From: a virus
DNA: 64,000 bases
Virus record (IMG/VR): IMGVR_UViG_3300025446_000004
Span: 25,757 to 89,756 of that record
Reading direction: 5' to 3' (one strand)
In this document: in pieces, positions 1 to 7,846 of the stretch
How positions within the stretch are numbered: the first letter of the stretch is position 1
Layout: every line of letters begins with the position of its first letter
Notes under the pieces: model-generated
Seen by the model: only the letters and a program-made list of their open reading frames with translations
What the model was told of the DNA's origin: nothing
The model's database searches: none
Made by a program: the position numbers and the translations under genes

Positions 1-31
1 ACTGTATTTCCTGCTTCCATTGTCTCCTCCA

Positions 32-403
32 CTACAAACCGCTAACCACCTGAATTTGATGGTCACCAGAATTCCAAATCAACTCACGAAGCACGCGCGC
101 CAACACAATACATCCCTCACTGGCTGTACCCGGCTCCTTAATCGAGTCCCCATGAATACGAAAATCGCCACGACCAAACATCTCATTCGATGGGTCAGGC
201 ACAAGGTTCATAGTATATGGTCCCGTCTTGGGATTCATATACGGCTCAGTGATCGTATATATTCCTACTGGAAGTGGCCCCTCATTTTTCAACTGTTCGT
301 CAGCCGGATTGTCAACATAACCGGGCGCACCAGAGTAACCACTGCCCGCGCATGCTCCCTGACCATTAAACAACTTACCGTCACACTGTTGAAATTTCCA
401 CAT
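32..403 (-). CDS. Tlde1/DUF2778-family L,D-transpeptidase-like peptidoglycan enzyme
   Basis: GYSG...GPLPxGxY...FRIHGD-x7-SEGCIV; His/Cys motif typical of Tlde1 (YkuD-like fold). Confidence 0.8.
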   Translation of the reverse strand: MWKFQQCDGKLFNGQGACAGSGYSGAPGYVDNPADEQLKNEGPLPVGIYTITEPYMNPKTGPYTMNLVPDPSNEMFGRGDFRIHGDSIKEPGTASEGCIVLARVLRELIWNSGDHQIQVVSGL

Positions 404-713
404 TTATTTCTCCCCACAAAAACACAGCCCCCGCCGGGCCAGCAGTTCCACGGCGGGGGACATTAAAAACAGGAGGGGTCGGTAGTACCAAAACCATTTC
501 TGGCTCAAAGCACTAGGAGGAGGCCGACACCCTCCAATAGCAATACCGGTTTAGAGAAAAAAAGAATATATAAGAAAGGCTCTGAAACCGCTCCTCAATC
601 TTTTTTTTCCTACTCACATAACGTTACACACGTGTCAAGTGAATAAATTTCAACATAAAACCAATAAAATGAGACACATACACCAAAAATAACCATTTTT
701 CATGTAATAAAAT

Positions 714-1286
714 TTATTTTTTATAGTAACATTTATCACGAAGGCACCGAGTCATTTCATACCACTCATCATAAGTGAATCTATCCCCCTTACCACAATT
801 ACACCGGGCACAACACGCCACACAATTTTCTTTAGAATATCCCTTGGTATTATCCTTTCGATCCAAATTGTACGCCACAGTTCCAGAAATATGCTTATAC
901 CACACCAACTCCATTCCACAATAATGACAAAACTTCTCATTAACAAATAATAAAAACTCTTCATATGTTAAATCAACGGGGTATCTCAATTTGTTTCTAT
1001 CTTTTAATACCCGATAAACTGCCTCATATGGCCGCAATCTGGCACTCTTTCCCCATACTTCACGAATCAAACAACCACAAGACTCTCTTCCTGCTATAAG
1101 GCCGCATCTCTTCACTTTACATAACCCACCACAATCACACTTACAAGACCACACACTGCCGCCGCGCCTAACAGGAAAAACTCTACCTAACACAACTAAT
1201 TTCCCAAACCTCATTCCTGTCAAATCCTTTGGCAATCTTCTTGGTTTTTCACTACCGTACACCGGCAACCTTGGGTTTCCCATCAT
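714..1286 (-). CDS. HNH-like homing endonuclease with N-terminal DLTGxRFGKL/CxCDCG DNA-binding module
   Basis: DLTGMRFGKL, WSCKCDCG, SCGC, CHYCG, LDRKDNTKGYSKENCVACCARCN. Confidence 0.8.
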   Translation of the reverse strand: MMGNPRLPVYGSEKPRRLPKDLTGMRFGKLVVLGRVFPVRRGGSVWSCKCDCGGLCKVKRCGLIAGRESCGCLIREVWGKSARLRPYEAVYRVLKDRNKLRYPVDLTYEEFLLFVNEKFCHYCGMELVWYKHISGTVAYNLDRKDNTKGYSKENCVACCARCNCGKGDRFTYDEWYEMTRCLRDKCYYKK

Positions 1287-1802
1287 ACCTCCATAAACTT
1301 TATACTAAAACACCCGTTAAATTATTACACTTCTAGCATTCCCTCTCGTCATATCTTTATACCACACAGGCACTTATGACCCGTATAGCTACACCAGTAT
1401 ATAGGATATTACTGGCATATATACAACCTTTTTATTATGTGCAACATACACACAACTTGTTGATTGTAAAAGATTTACACGGTTGCCTATCGGCGTGCGA
1501 AAAGCAGGGATTCCCCCTCTGCGACCAATCATTTTCAATTGGTCAATATAATAATCCCCCGTTGTATGGCTGTTTTTGTTCATATGACTTTGTTCGACCG
1601 GGACGTATGCTTTTTCGGCGCATCAACTAGCGCCCCGTTGCCCGGAAAACCGCCCTTGCGTGGCGGAACAGACCTTACGTTGCTCCTCACTAACTGCTGT
1701 GTTATCAGGTTTCCTCAGTATGATATAAGGTTGACTAGAACAAATACACTGAAACTACTACGAACTGGTACATGACACACCAATACGCAAGTTTCAGTTC
1801 TT

Positions 1803-1831
1803 ACTGTATCACAGTTTGTGTTATTTGTCAA
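1803..1831 (-). promoter_or_regulatory. sigma70-type promoter, leftward
   Basis: Minus strand TTGACA-17nt-TACAGT with TG extended -10. Confidence 0.7.
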
Positions 1832-1847
1832 GTGGTGCCGATTGGAC

Positions 1848-1876
1848 TTGACAAATAAAGAGAGTTGTGCTACTGT
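1848..1876 (+). promoter_or_regulatory. sigma70-type promoter, rightward
   Basis: TTGACA-17nt-TACTGT with TG extended -10, upstream of the DNA polymerase operon. Confidence 0.7.
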
Positions 1877-1903
1877 AAAAGAAACAGTTGAAAAGGCGCG
1901 AGT

Positions 1904-2116
1904 ATGTCTGATACAGTTCATGGGCCATTCACAACCGTCCGCGAAGCTTTAGCGAAGATTGATGAGCTAACCAGCGCTAAAAAGAAGGCATTTCTCAGCA
2001 GTAGGATGGTAAAAGGCACAGATAAGTATCACAAACGGCTTGGGTTTCTTAAATCAGGAACGTTCGAGTGGTTTGTAAAAGAAGGGAAGAAATCAAATGC
2101 GTCAGATAACACGTAA
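1904..2116 (+). CDS. hypothetical protein
   Basis: First ORF after promoter; basic 70 aa. Confidence 0.55.
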   Translation: MSDTVHGPFTTVREALAKIDELTSAKKKAFLSSRMVKGTDKYHKRLGFLKSGTFEWFVKEGKKSNASDNT

Positions 2117-2402
2117 AGCAATCGAGAAAACGTTAGCACAGTATGAGATTAAGCCGGGCGGCAAGGAATTCATGGCTGGTGCTATATTGTTAGCAGGACT
2201 GAATGTTGGCCCCAATGTCAAGCGTGTGGCAAAGGTTCTCAAAGTCTCCCGCAAAGAAGTACAACCCTATGCACAACGTTTGCGCCAGAGTAAGATATGG
2301 AGTGGTGGTAAGATTAACTGTGGATGGTTTGAAAAAGAAACAAGCGGTATTTCATTCTTGCTTGACCTGTCTGTAGCCATGGGATTTCTACAACGCGCAT
2401 AG
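2097..2402 (+). CDS. hypothetical protein, possible winged-helix
   Basis: Overlaps upstream ORF; RBS-like GAAGGGAAG; HTH-like segment VKRVAKVLKVSRKEVQPY. Confidence 0.6.
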   Translation: MRQITRKAIEKTLAQYEIKPGGKEFMAGAILLAGLNVGPNVKRVAKVLKVSRKEVQPYAQRLRQSKIWSGGKINCGWFEKETSGISFLLDLSVAMGFLQRA

Positions 2403-2416
2403 CCGAGGGATACCAC

Positions 2417-5098
2417 TTGGAAATCAAGCTTCTTAAAGCGGATGATGTAAAACCGCCAATGAATATTACCACAATCACAGATATTAAACAGCTTCCGCTT
2501 CTTGTGGATTTTTTCAATAACTCTGGTGGTGTGTTTGGGTGGGACATTGAGACAACTCCACTTAAAGATTTCTTCTATCGTCGCACTCGAACCGTTCAGT
2601 TTGGAAATCGAGAAAAACAATTTGTTGTCGATCTTCTGGCACTATGCGACGGTGATCCTGATTTGCTCTTTGAGGCTCAAGGGAATTATGGCGCGAATCT
2701 CTACAAAGCGCCAAAACTCAAACTCTTTATGGACACCATTGCTCCGGTGCTTTGCGCTGCTGACTGTACAAAGGTTGGTGTGATGCTGAGTTTTGAGTAC
2801 GAAAATTTTTACTGGCAATTCGGCCTTCGTACATGTGGATTCTTTGATTGCTCACTTGTAGAGAAAGTAATTTACGCCGGACTGCACTCATTGAAGCACT
2901 ATGAGTTTTATTCCATGGAGGCCATGACTCAACGCTATTTCGCATTCCAGATTGACAAGGGTTTGCAAACATCATTCAACCTGTCCGACCCACTCAGTGA
3001 AGACCAAATCAAATATGCAGCCCTTGATAGCCGCTTGCCGCTGGCCCTTCGTGATGCACAAATGCTTGTTCTTAAGGGCCGTACAGTAAAAGACTTGCTC
3101 GTGAAAGGAAACCCATCGGCTGCGATTCTTGCTAGATTAAACCCCCTTGTGCTTGGTGATAACCTCGTGGAGATTGCACAAATTGAAAATGATGCCATTG
3201 GCGCATTTCAAGACATGCACATTCACGGGGAGCGCATCAACTGTGAGAAGTGGCTTGCTCGATGCACCAAGCTTGAGGAAGAATTCAATAATCTGATTTT
3301 CAACGTGCTTGATCCTATATTTATACCAATTGTCGGGAACAAGAACGATCTCATAACCGATGAATCCATTGAAACAGCAACACAGGAATGGAAGGCCCTT
3401 AACATAGTAACCGATGAGGAATTAATTCTAAAAAAGGATGCAAGGGGAGCGCGAAAACAGGGTCTACATTCTGTGGCAAGAGATTTGGAAATTAAAGCAG
3501 GAGAATTAGAAACCGCACGACGAACAAAAAAAGATGCCCTAAAAGAACAGACCAATGCACTAAAACGTACACGCACGGTACAATATGCTCTCTTGGAAAA
3601 ATGTGAGGGCAATGCGCTCATCAACTATGGTTCAAACAAACAACTGATAGCAGTAGTGCAACAGATACCGGGTCTCAAGAAAGTTAAGGATATGGAAGAT
3701 GAGACCCTTGAAAAGTATTCTGTTTATGCTGTCATGCGTGCAATTAAAGAGTATCATCGAATTTCAAAAGAACTGAGTACTTATGGCAGACCGTGGGCAA
3801 CACAATGGAAAACACATGCGTGCAATGAAGAAGGATGGCTAAATCCCGGCGATGGTCGCTTGCACTCTGTGTTCAATCAACTTGAAGCTGAAACAGGACG
3901 GTCCAGTTCTGAAAAACCAAACGGCCAGAATGTACCACAAGATAAAGAAGTACGCAGTTGTTTTATTGCTGACCCACCAAATGAAAACATCCGGATTAGT
4001 GGCTGCTGTGAGGACGACACAAGCTTTGAACCAGACGCTTTTGGAGCAAATCAGTTTTATTGTTTGAAGTGTGGGCAGCCTTGTGAAACCCACGCCGAAG
4101 AGTATGTAATCATTACTGCCGACATGTCTGGTGCCGAATTGCGCATTATTGCTGAATGCGCCGATGATCCGTTGTGGATCATGGCATTCGCTCGTGGTAA
4201 AGATATTCACTCAGTAGGAACCGAACTTCTGTATGAAGAGAAGTGGCCCGTTCTTGCGCTGCCTGACTGTGACTACTATAAACTTCATACATGTGAATCG
4301 GTGGCGAAGAATCCGCTTTGTCAAGTTGGTGAACCACAATGCAAGAAATGTGAATGCCCTGAACACAAAGAACTTCGTGATGACAACAAGAGTACCAATT
4401 TTTTGTTAGCCTACGGGGGTGGTGCATATACGCTAGCGGCTCGCATCAAGAAGACAGTCCGTGAAGCTAAAATCCTTATGGCCCTTCACGAACAGAAGAA
4501 TCCGCGCATTTGGGAATATTTGAAAAAATCTGGTAAAATGGCCGTAAAGATCAAACGCGCATTCGACATGTTCGGACGCCGTAGATTGTTCCCAGAACCG
4601 ACCATGGAACTCGCTAAGGAACGGTTCATGGAGGATCACGAAGATAAGTTAGAAATTGAGCCGAATGAGGCCGATGAACGGATAGAAGATTTCGTTTCTA
4701 CATATAAGCGAAAACCGACTGCCGAGGAAAAATGGTTCTTGACACATCGGCTGCCAACACAGAACCAAATAAAAAGTTCTTGGAAAGGAATGCACGAGTC
4801 CATCGAACGGCAAGGCAAGAACCACTGCATTCAGGGAACCAACGCGACAATTGCAAAACTGGCTATGGGGTCTGGATGCGATAAAGATGGTAAACCATAC
4901 CTATGGGTGACATTGCCACAATATCGTGCCAAGTTGGTAAAGTTCGTTCACGATGAGTTGGTGATTCAAGCACCAAAGCAATATGCTCAGATTGTGGTAG
5001 AATTGGTGGGAGACGCTTTTAAACGATCGGCGTCCACAAAGATGAAGAAGGTGGTCATGGAGTTTGATGCCCACGTTGCGGAGTATTGGAAGAAATGA
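2417..5098 (+). CDS. polA: DNA polymerase family A with 3'-5' exonuclease
   Basis: Exo I DIET, Exo III YAALD; TGRSSS; motif A ADMSGAELR, motif B RxxxKxxNFxxxYG, motif C FVHDELV; start may instead be ATG 2459. Confidence 0.95.
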   Translation: MEIKLLKADDVKPPMNITTITDIKQLPLLVDFFNNSGGVFGWDIETTPLKDFFYRRTRTVQFGNREKQFVVDLLALCDGDPDLLFEAQGNYGANLYKAPKLKLFMDTIAPVLCAADCTKVGVMLSFEYENFYWQFGLRTCGFFDCSLVEKVIYAGLHSLKHYEFYSMEAMTQRYFAFQIDKGLQTSFNLSDPLSEDQIKYAALDSRLPLALRDAQMLVLKGRTVKDLLVKGNPSAAILARLNPLVLGDNLVEIAQIENDAIGAFQDMHIHGERINCEKWLARCTKLEEEFNNLIFNVLDPIFIPIVGNKNDLITDESIETATQEWKALNIVTDEELILKKDARGARKQGLHSVARDLEIKAGELETARRTKKDALKEQTNALKRTRTVQYALLEKCEGNALINYGSNKQLIAVVQQIPGLKKVKDMEDETLEKYSVYAVMRAIKEYHRISKELSTYGRPWATQWKTHACNEEGWLNPGDGRLHSVFNQLEAETGRSSSEKPNGQNVPQDKEVRSCFIADPPNENIRISGCCEDDTSFEPDAFGANQFYCLKCGQPCETHAEEYVIITADMSGAELRIIAECADDPLWIMAFARGKDIHSVGTELLYEEKWPVLALPDCDYYKLHTCESVAKNPLCQVGEPQCKKCECPEHKELRDDNKSTNFLLAYGGGAYTLAARIKKTVREAKILMALHEQKNPRIWEYLKKSGKMAVKIKRAFDMFGRRRLFPEPTMELAKERFMEDHEDKLEIEPNEADERIEDFVSTYKRKPTAEEKWFLTHRLPTQNQIKSSWKGMHESIERQGKNHCIQGTNATIAKLAMGSGCDKDGKPYLWVTLPQYRAKLVKFVHDELVIQAPKQYAQIVVELVGDAFKRSASTKMKKVVMEFDAHVAEYWKK

Positions 5099-5508
5099 AA
5101 AAACTTATATTGAAACGCCGAACCATTGAAGTAGTTCCATACAACCACGATGTTACCGTAATCTTAACTACTGACATTAAACGTGCAGTATTAAAACTTA
5201 AGGGTGAACTTGGTGACGATATAATAACCCGCATAAAACCCAACATGCACGCCCTGACAGTCTTTTCAGATGGCAACTCTAATATATTTATATTCCTAGA
5301 AATGAAGCCGGATGTTGGCACCCTTGTGCATGAAGTTTATCATGCAGTGGATTTCATTTTACGTGATGCGGGGGTCAAAAATGATCCACACGTCAACGAT
5401 GAAACGTGGGCTTACCATTTGGGCGACTTGACAAGACAAGTGGTAAAGTTTTATCATCACGCTAACAGCAAGGGAAAGTTCAGTACCAACAATCGGGCTA
5501 AGACTTGA
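5095..5508 (+). CDS. HExxH metallopeptidase-like protein
   Basis: LVHEVYHAV plus downstream ExxAY; ATGA overlap with the polymerase stop. Confidence 0.65.
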   Translation: MKKLILKRRTIEVVPYNHDVTVILTTDIKRAVLKLKGELGDDIITRIKPNMHALTVFSDGNSNIFIFLEMKPDVGTLVHEVYHAVDFILRDAGVKNDPHVNDETWAYHLGDLTRQVVKFYHHANSKGKFSTNNRAKT

Positions 5509-5533
5509 CAAACGGAAAAAAGTGTGCTATAGT
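5505..5533 (+). promoter_or_regulatory. strong sigma70-type promoter for the RNA cluster
   Basis: TTGACA-17nt-TATAGT with TGn extension. Confidence 0.8.
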
Positions 5534-5542
5534 CATAAAAGA

Positions 5543-5633
5543 ATGCGGCGAAGGTGAGAAAAGAGCGGGCCGGTGGTCCGGGGAGCTTGGGGAACTGCTT
5601 ACGGCACCGGTCCAAAATCACGGTTCGCCGCAT
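5543..5633 (+). ncRNA. candidate structured RNA (long hairpin with purine-rich internal loop)
   Basis: ATGCGGCGAA/TTCGCCGCAT closing stem; inner GGGCCGGTG/CACCGGTCC stem; starts right after the promoter. Confidence 0.5.
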
Positions 5634-5664
5634 AAGGCGTAGAAAAATTATATGGAGGAATCAA

Positions 5665-5886
5665 ATGACACTGGTATCTGATGTTGAAGCGGTGGCAAAG
5701 AAAATTGAAACAAACGTGATTGCAGACGCGAAGGCAGTTGAAGCCAAGTTGGCTGCTGCTCTTGCAAATGAGGCAACAAAGGCTAAGGCCCTTATCCTTG
5801 TAGAGGTTCAGAAGGCCAGTGTAAGCGCACAGACTTTAGCAGAGACGCTTAAGGCCCTGTTTCTTGCTGAGCTTTCCAAGCTGTAG
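5665..5886 (+). CDS. small Ala/Lys-rich helical protein
   Basis: Strong RBS GGAGG before ATG 5665. Confidence 0.75.
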   Translation: MTLVSDVEAVAKKIETNVIADAKAVEAKLAAALANEATKAKALILVEVQKASVSAQTLAETLKALFLAELSKL

Positions 5887-5898
5887 TAGTTTGGGTGT

Positions 5899-6080
5899 AC
5901 TCGCTGTTTAATAGCGGAGACAAAACAACGTGCCCTGTGCGGGCCAGTGTGGCTGATACCAACGTTGACAAATCGCTATCTCTGTCAGGGGACACCGGTG
6001 TAATTCGAATTCATCGGCGGCGAGTCGCAGCGACCGTGGGATACGTCTAGTCGTTTCGCGTCTAGGCGTGTCTCACGGTC
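5899..6080 (+). ncRNA. candidate multibranch ncRNA plus 19-bp hairpin
   Basis: ACTCGCTG/CGGCGAGT, TAGCGG/TCGCTA, CAACGT/ACGTTG nested stems; 6032-6080 fully paired 19-bp stem with three G-U pairs. Confidence 0.5.
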
Positions 6081-6123
6081 TAGGTTTTAAGGAGAGTTGT
6101 AATATATTTTTATAGAAAATCCG

Positions 6124-6164
6124 CTTTTTCCCTTTATATTACTACGTAATATAAAGGGAAAAAG
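6124..6164. repeat. perfect 19-bp inverted repeat with 3-nt loop
   Basis: CTTTTTCCCTTTATATTAC-tac-GTAATATAAAGGGAAAAAG. Confidence 0.9.
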
Positions 6165-6199
6165 TAAAAAGAAAGCGAAAGTGGGAAGAGGAGGCGAAC

Positions 6200-6391
6200 A
6201 TGGTGAAACTCTACGTGATACAACTTAAGAAATGGAAACGATGGAACAAAACCATCTGGACCCACGGCAGACATGAATATGGTGGACCGGTTTCTTTACG
6301 GTCCGCCATGAAAGCCTTGACGAAAGCACAAAAAGCATTTCCAAAAAGTGAATATCGAATTGCTGTGTATCGTCCAAGGAAAAAGAAGTGA
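6200..6391 (+). CDS. small basic hypothetical protein
   Basis: RBS GGAGG before ATG. Confidence 0.65.
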   Translation: MVKLYVIQLKKWKRWNKTIWTHGRHEYGGPVSLRSAMKALTKAQKAFPKSEYRIAVYRPRKKK

Positions 6392-6399
6392 AAGCGGGC

Positions 6400-6555
6400 T
6401 TTTCCACCGCAACCGGGAGAACCTAGCGGGGCTTAATGGTCCGGTCATGCAAAGGATGCACCGTTACCTGACCACGTGGAGTAACGGGATAGGGTACGCA
6501 CAGTGTTGCACTGTGCGTGACCCGCATAGGCGGTAAAAATCCGCCCGATGGAAAA
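6400..6555 (+). ncRNA. candidate multibranch ncRNA
   Basis: TTTTCCA/TGGAAAA closing stem enclosing CCGTTAC/GTAACGG, ACGCACAGTG/CACTGTGCGT, GGCGG/CCGCC and smaller hairpins. Confidence 0.55.
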
Positions 6556-6663
6556 CCAAGAGGGTGTAGCTCAGATGGTGAGAGCACCCGACATGTTTCA
6601 GCCTTAAGGTAGACCAAAGGCACGTGCCGGGAGGCCGCAGGTTCGATTCCTGTCACCCCTTGG
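6556..6663 (+). ncRNA. tRNA-like RNA with 45-nt extended anticodon arm (possible intron-containing or pseudo-tRNA)
   Basis: TAGCTCAGATGGTGAGAGC D-arm, GCAGG-TTCGATT-CCTGT T-arm, GGGTG/CACCC acceptor; no 7-nt anticodon loop; no CCA. Confidence 0.7.
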
Positions 6664-6786
6664 ATTTTGATGCCGAGAGACACTTAGTGTAGCGGCATCG
6701 GGAAACGTCTCTTGTTTGACTAGGGGAGACCATGGGCGACGTTTTGGAGAGAGTATCTTGGGTTTTGGCCGTCCACCAAAAGTTTT

Positions 6787-6861
6787 CGCGGGGTAGCTCA
6801 GTCCGGTAAGAGCGAAAGATTCATAATCTTTAGGCCACAGGTTCAAATCCTGTCCCCGCAA
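6787..6861 (+). tRNA. tRNA with CAU anticodon (Met/fMet-like)
   Basis: CGCGGGG...AAAGA-TTCATAA-TCTTT...ACAGG-TTCAAAT-CCTGT-CCCCGCA-A; C1xA72 mismatch; CCA not encoded. Confidence 0.9.
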
Positions 6862-6872
6862 CATTGGTTGCT

Positions 6873-7274
6873 ATGAACGAAAAACGTAGAGAGTATATGA
6901 AAATATATCACCACGAGTGGTATATTAATACCATGGTGAAACGAAGAGAACAGTGGTTTGTAGAAAATGGCCCATGTGTGGATTGTGGTAGAAATATAAA
7001 TCTTGAAGTTGATCATATAGACCCATCCACCAAAATAAGTCACTGTGTTTGGAGTTGGTCAGAAAAGCGACGCAAAGAAGAATTAGAAAAATGTGTTGTA
7101 CGCTGTAACGAATGTCATAAAATAAAAACAGCATCGGAGATTAGGGCAAAACTTTCTCGTCCCCCTGTACACGGAACAAGTTCAGGGTATATACACCACA
7201 AGTGTCGTTGTCATTTATGCAAGGATTTCCATAAAAATTATAGACATTCCTACTATTTACAAAGTGGTAAATAG
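6873..7274 (+). CDS. HNH endonuclease
   Basis: CVDCG...LEVDHIDP...CVVRCNECH; C-terminal HGTxSGY-x4-CRCxxC; directly after the tRNA. Confidence 0.85.
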   Translation: MNEKRREYMKIYHHEWYINTMVKRREQWFVENGPCVDCGRNINLEVDHIDPSTKISHCVWSWSEKRRKEELEKCVVRCNECHKIKTASEIRAKLSRPPVHGTSSGYIHHKCRCHLCKDFHKNYRHSYYLQSGK

Positions 7275-7279
7275 TTTTT

Positions 7280-7846
7280 ATGAATCAAACTCATTTCACG
7301 GCTGATGAGCATATCGGTCACAAAAATATAATTATTTACTGCAACCGCCCCTTTGCGGACATTCGTGAGATGCGCGATGAGATGATCCGTCGCCATAACG
7401 AAGTTGTCTCGGATGGTGATATAGTATATCATATCGGTGATATGTTTTGGCGTTTCAACAAGACAAAGGAAGTTTTAGACTACCTCTATTCACTCAACGG
7501 CACTCACCGATATGTTCTCGGGAACCATGAGGAAGCCATTCGAGACCTTTTCAATAAATATCCAGACTGTGAATTCTTTGGTCCCCTATTTGAGCGCGTG
7601 TACTTAAATGGGGTGTCTACGGGAACGCCGGGCGGCATTGTGCTTGACCACTATGCCGGACGCGTGTGGCAGAACAGCAGTCACGGCTCGTGGCAATTAT
7701 TTGGGCATAGTCACGCTGCACTACCTGACATTGGACTTTTACAAATGGATGTAGGAGTTGACGCCCACAACTTCTATCCTGTATCATTGGATCAAGTAAA
7801 AGCGATCATGGCAAAGAAAATGGAGAGCCAGAGTGAGCGACCCTGA
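7280..7846 (+). CDS. calcineurin-like metallophosphoesterase
   Basis: DxH, GD, GNHE, GHSH motifs. Confidence 0.9.
   Translation: MNQTHFTADEHIGHKNIIIYCNRPFADIREMRDEMIRRHNEVVSDGDIVYHIGDMFWRFNKTKEVLDYLYSLNGTHRYVLGNHEEAIRDLFNKYPDCEFFGPLFERVYLNGVSTGTPGGIVLDHYAGRVWQNSSHGSWQLFGHSHAALPDIGLLQMDVGVDAHNFYPVSLDQVKAIMAKKMESQSERP

Noticed and set aside
3960-4400. Intein or intron in the DNA polymerase
   Set aside because: Insertions are short and lack the intein C/S...HN ends and homing domain; the frame is continuous
5543-5633. SRP (4.5S) RNA
   Set aside because: Lacks the GGAA/GNRA tetraloop with CAGG and AGCA internal-loop motifs
5554-5664. GTG-started N-terminal extension of the 5665 ORF
   Set aside because: It overlaps the RNA hairpin; the strong RBS supports ATG 5665
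6556-6663. YrlA-type Y RNA or a UGA-suppressor/Sec tRNA
   Set aside because: Arm order is D then T as in normal tRNA (YrlA is T then D) and no Ro60 gene is in view; the TTCA is a bulge, not centred in a 7-nt loop
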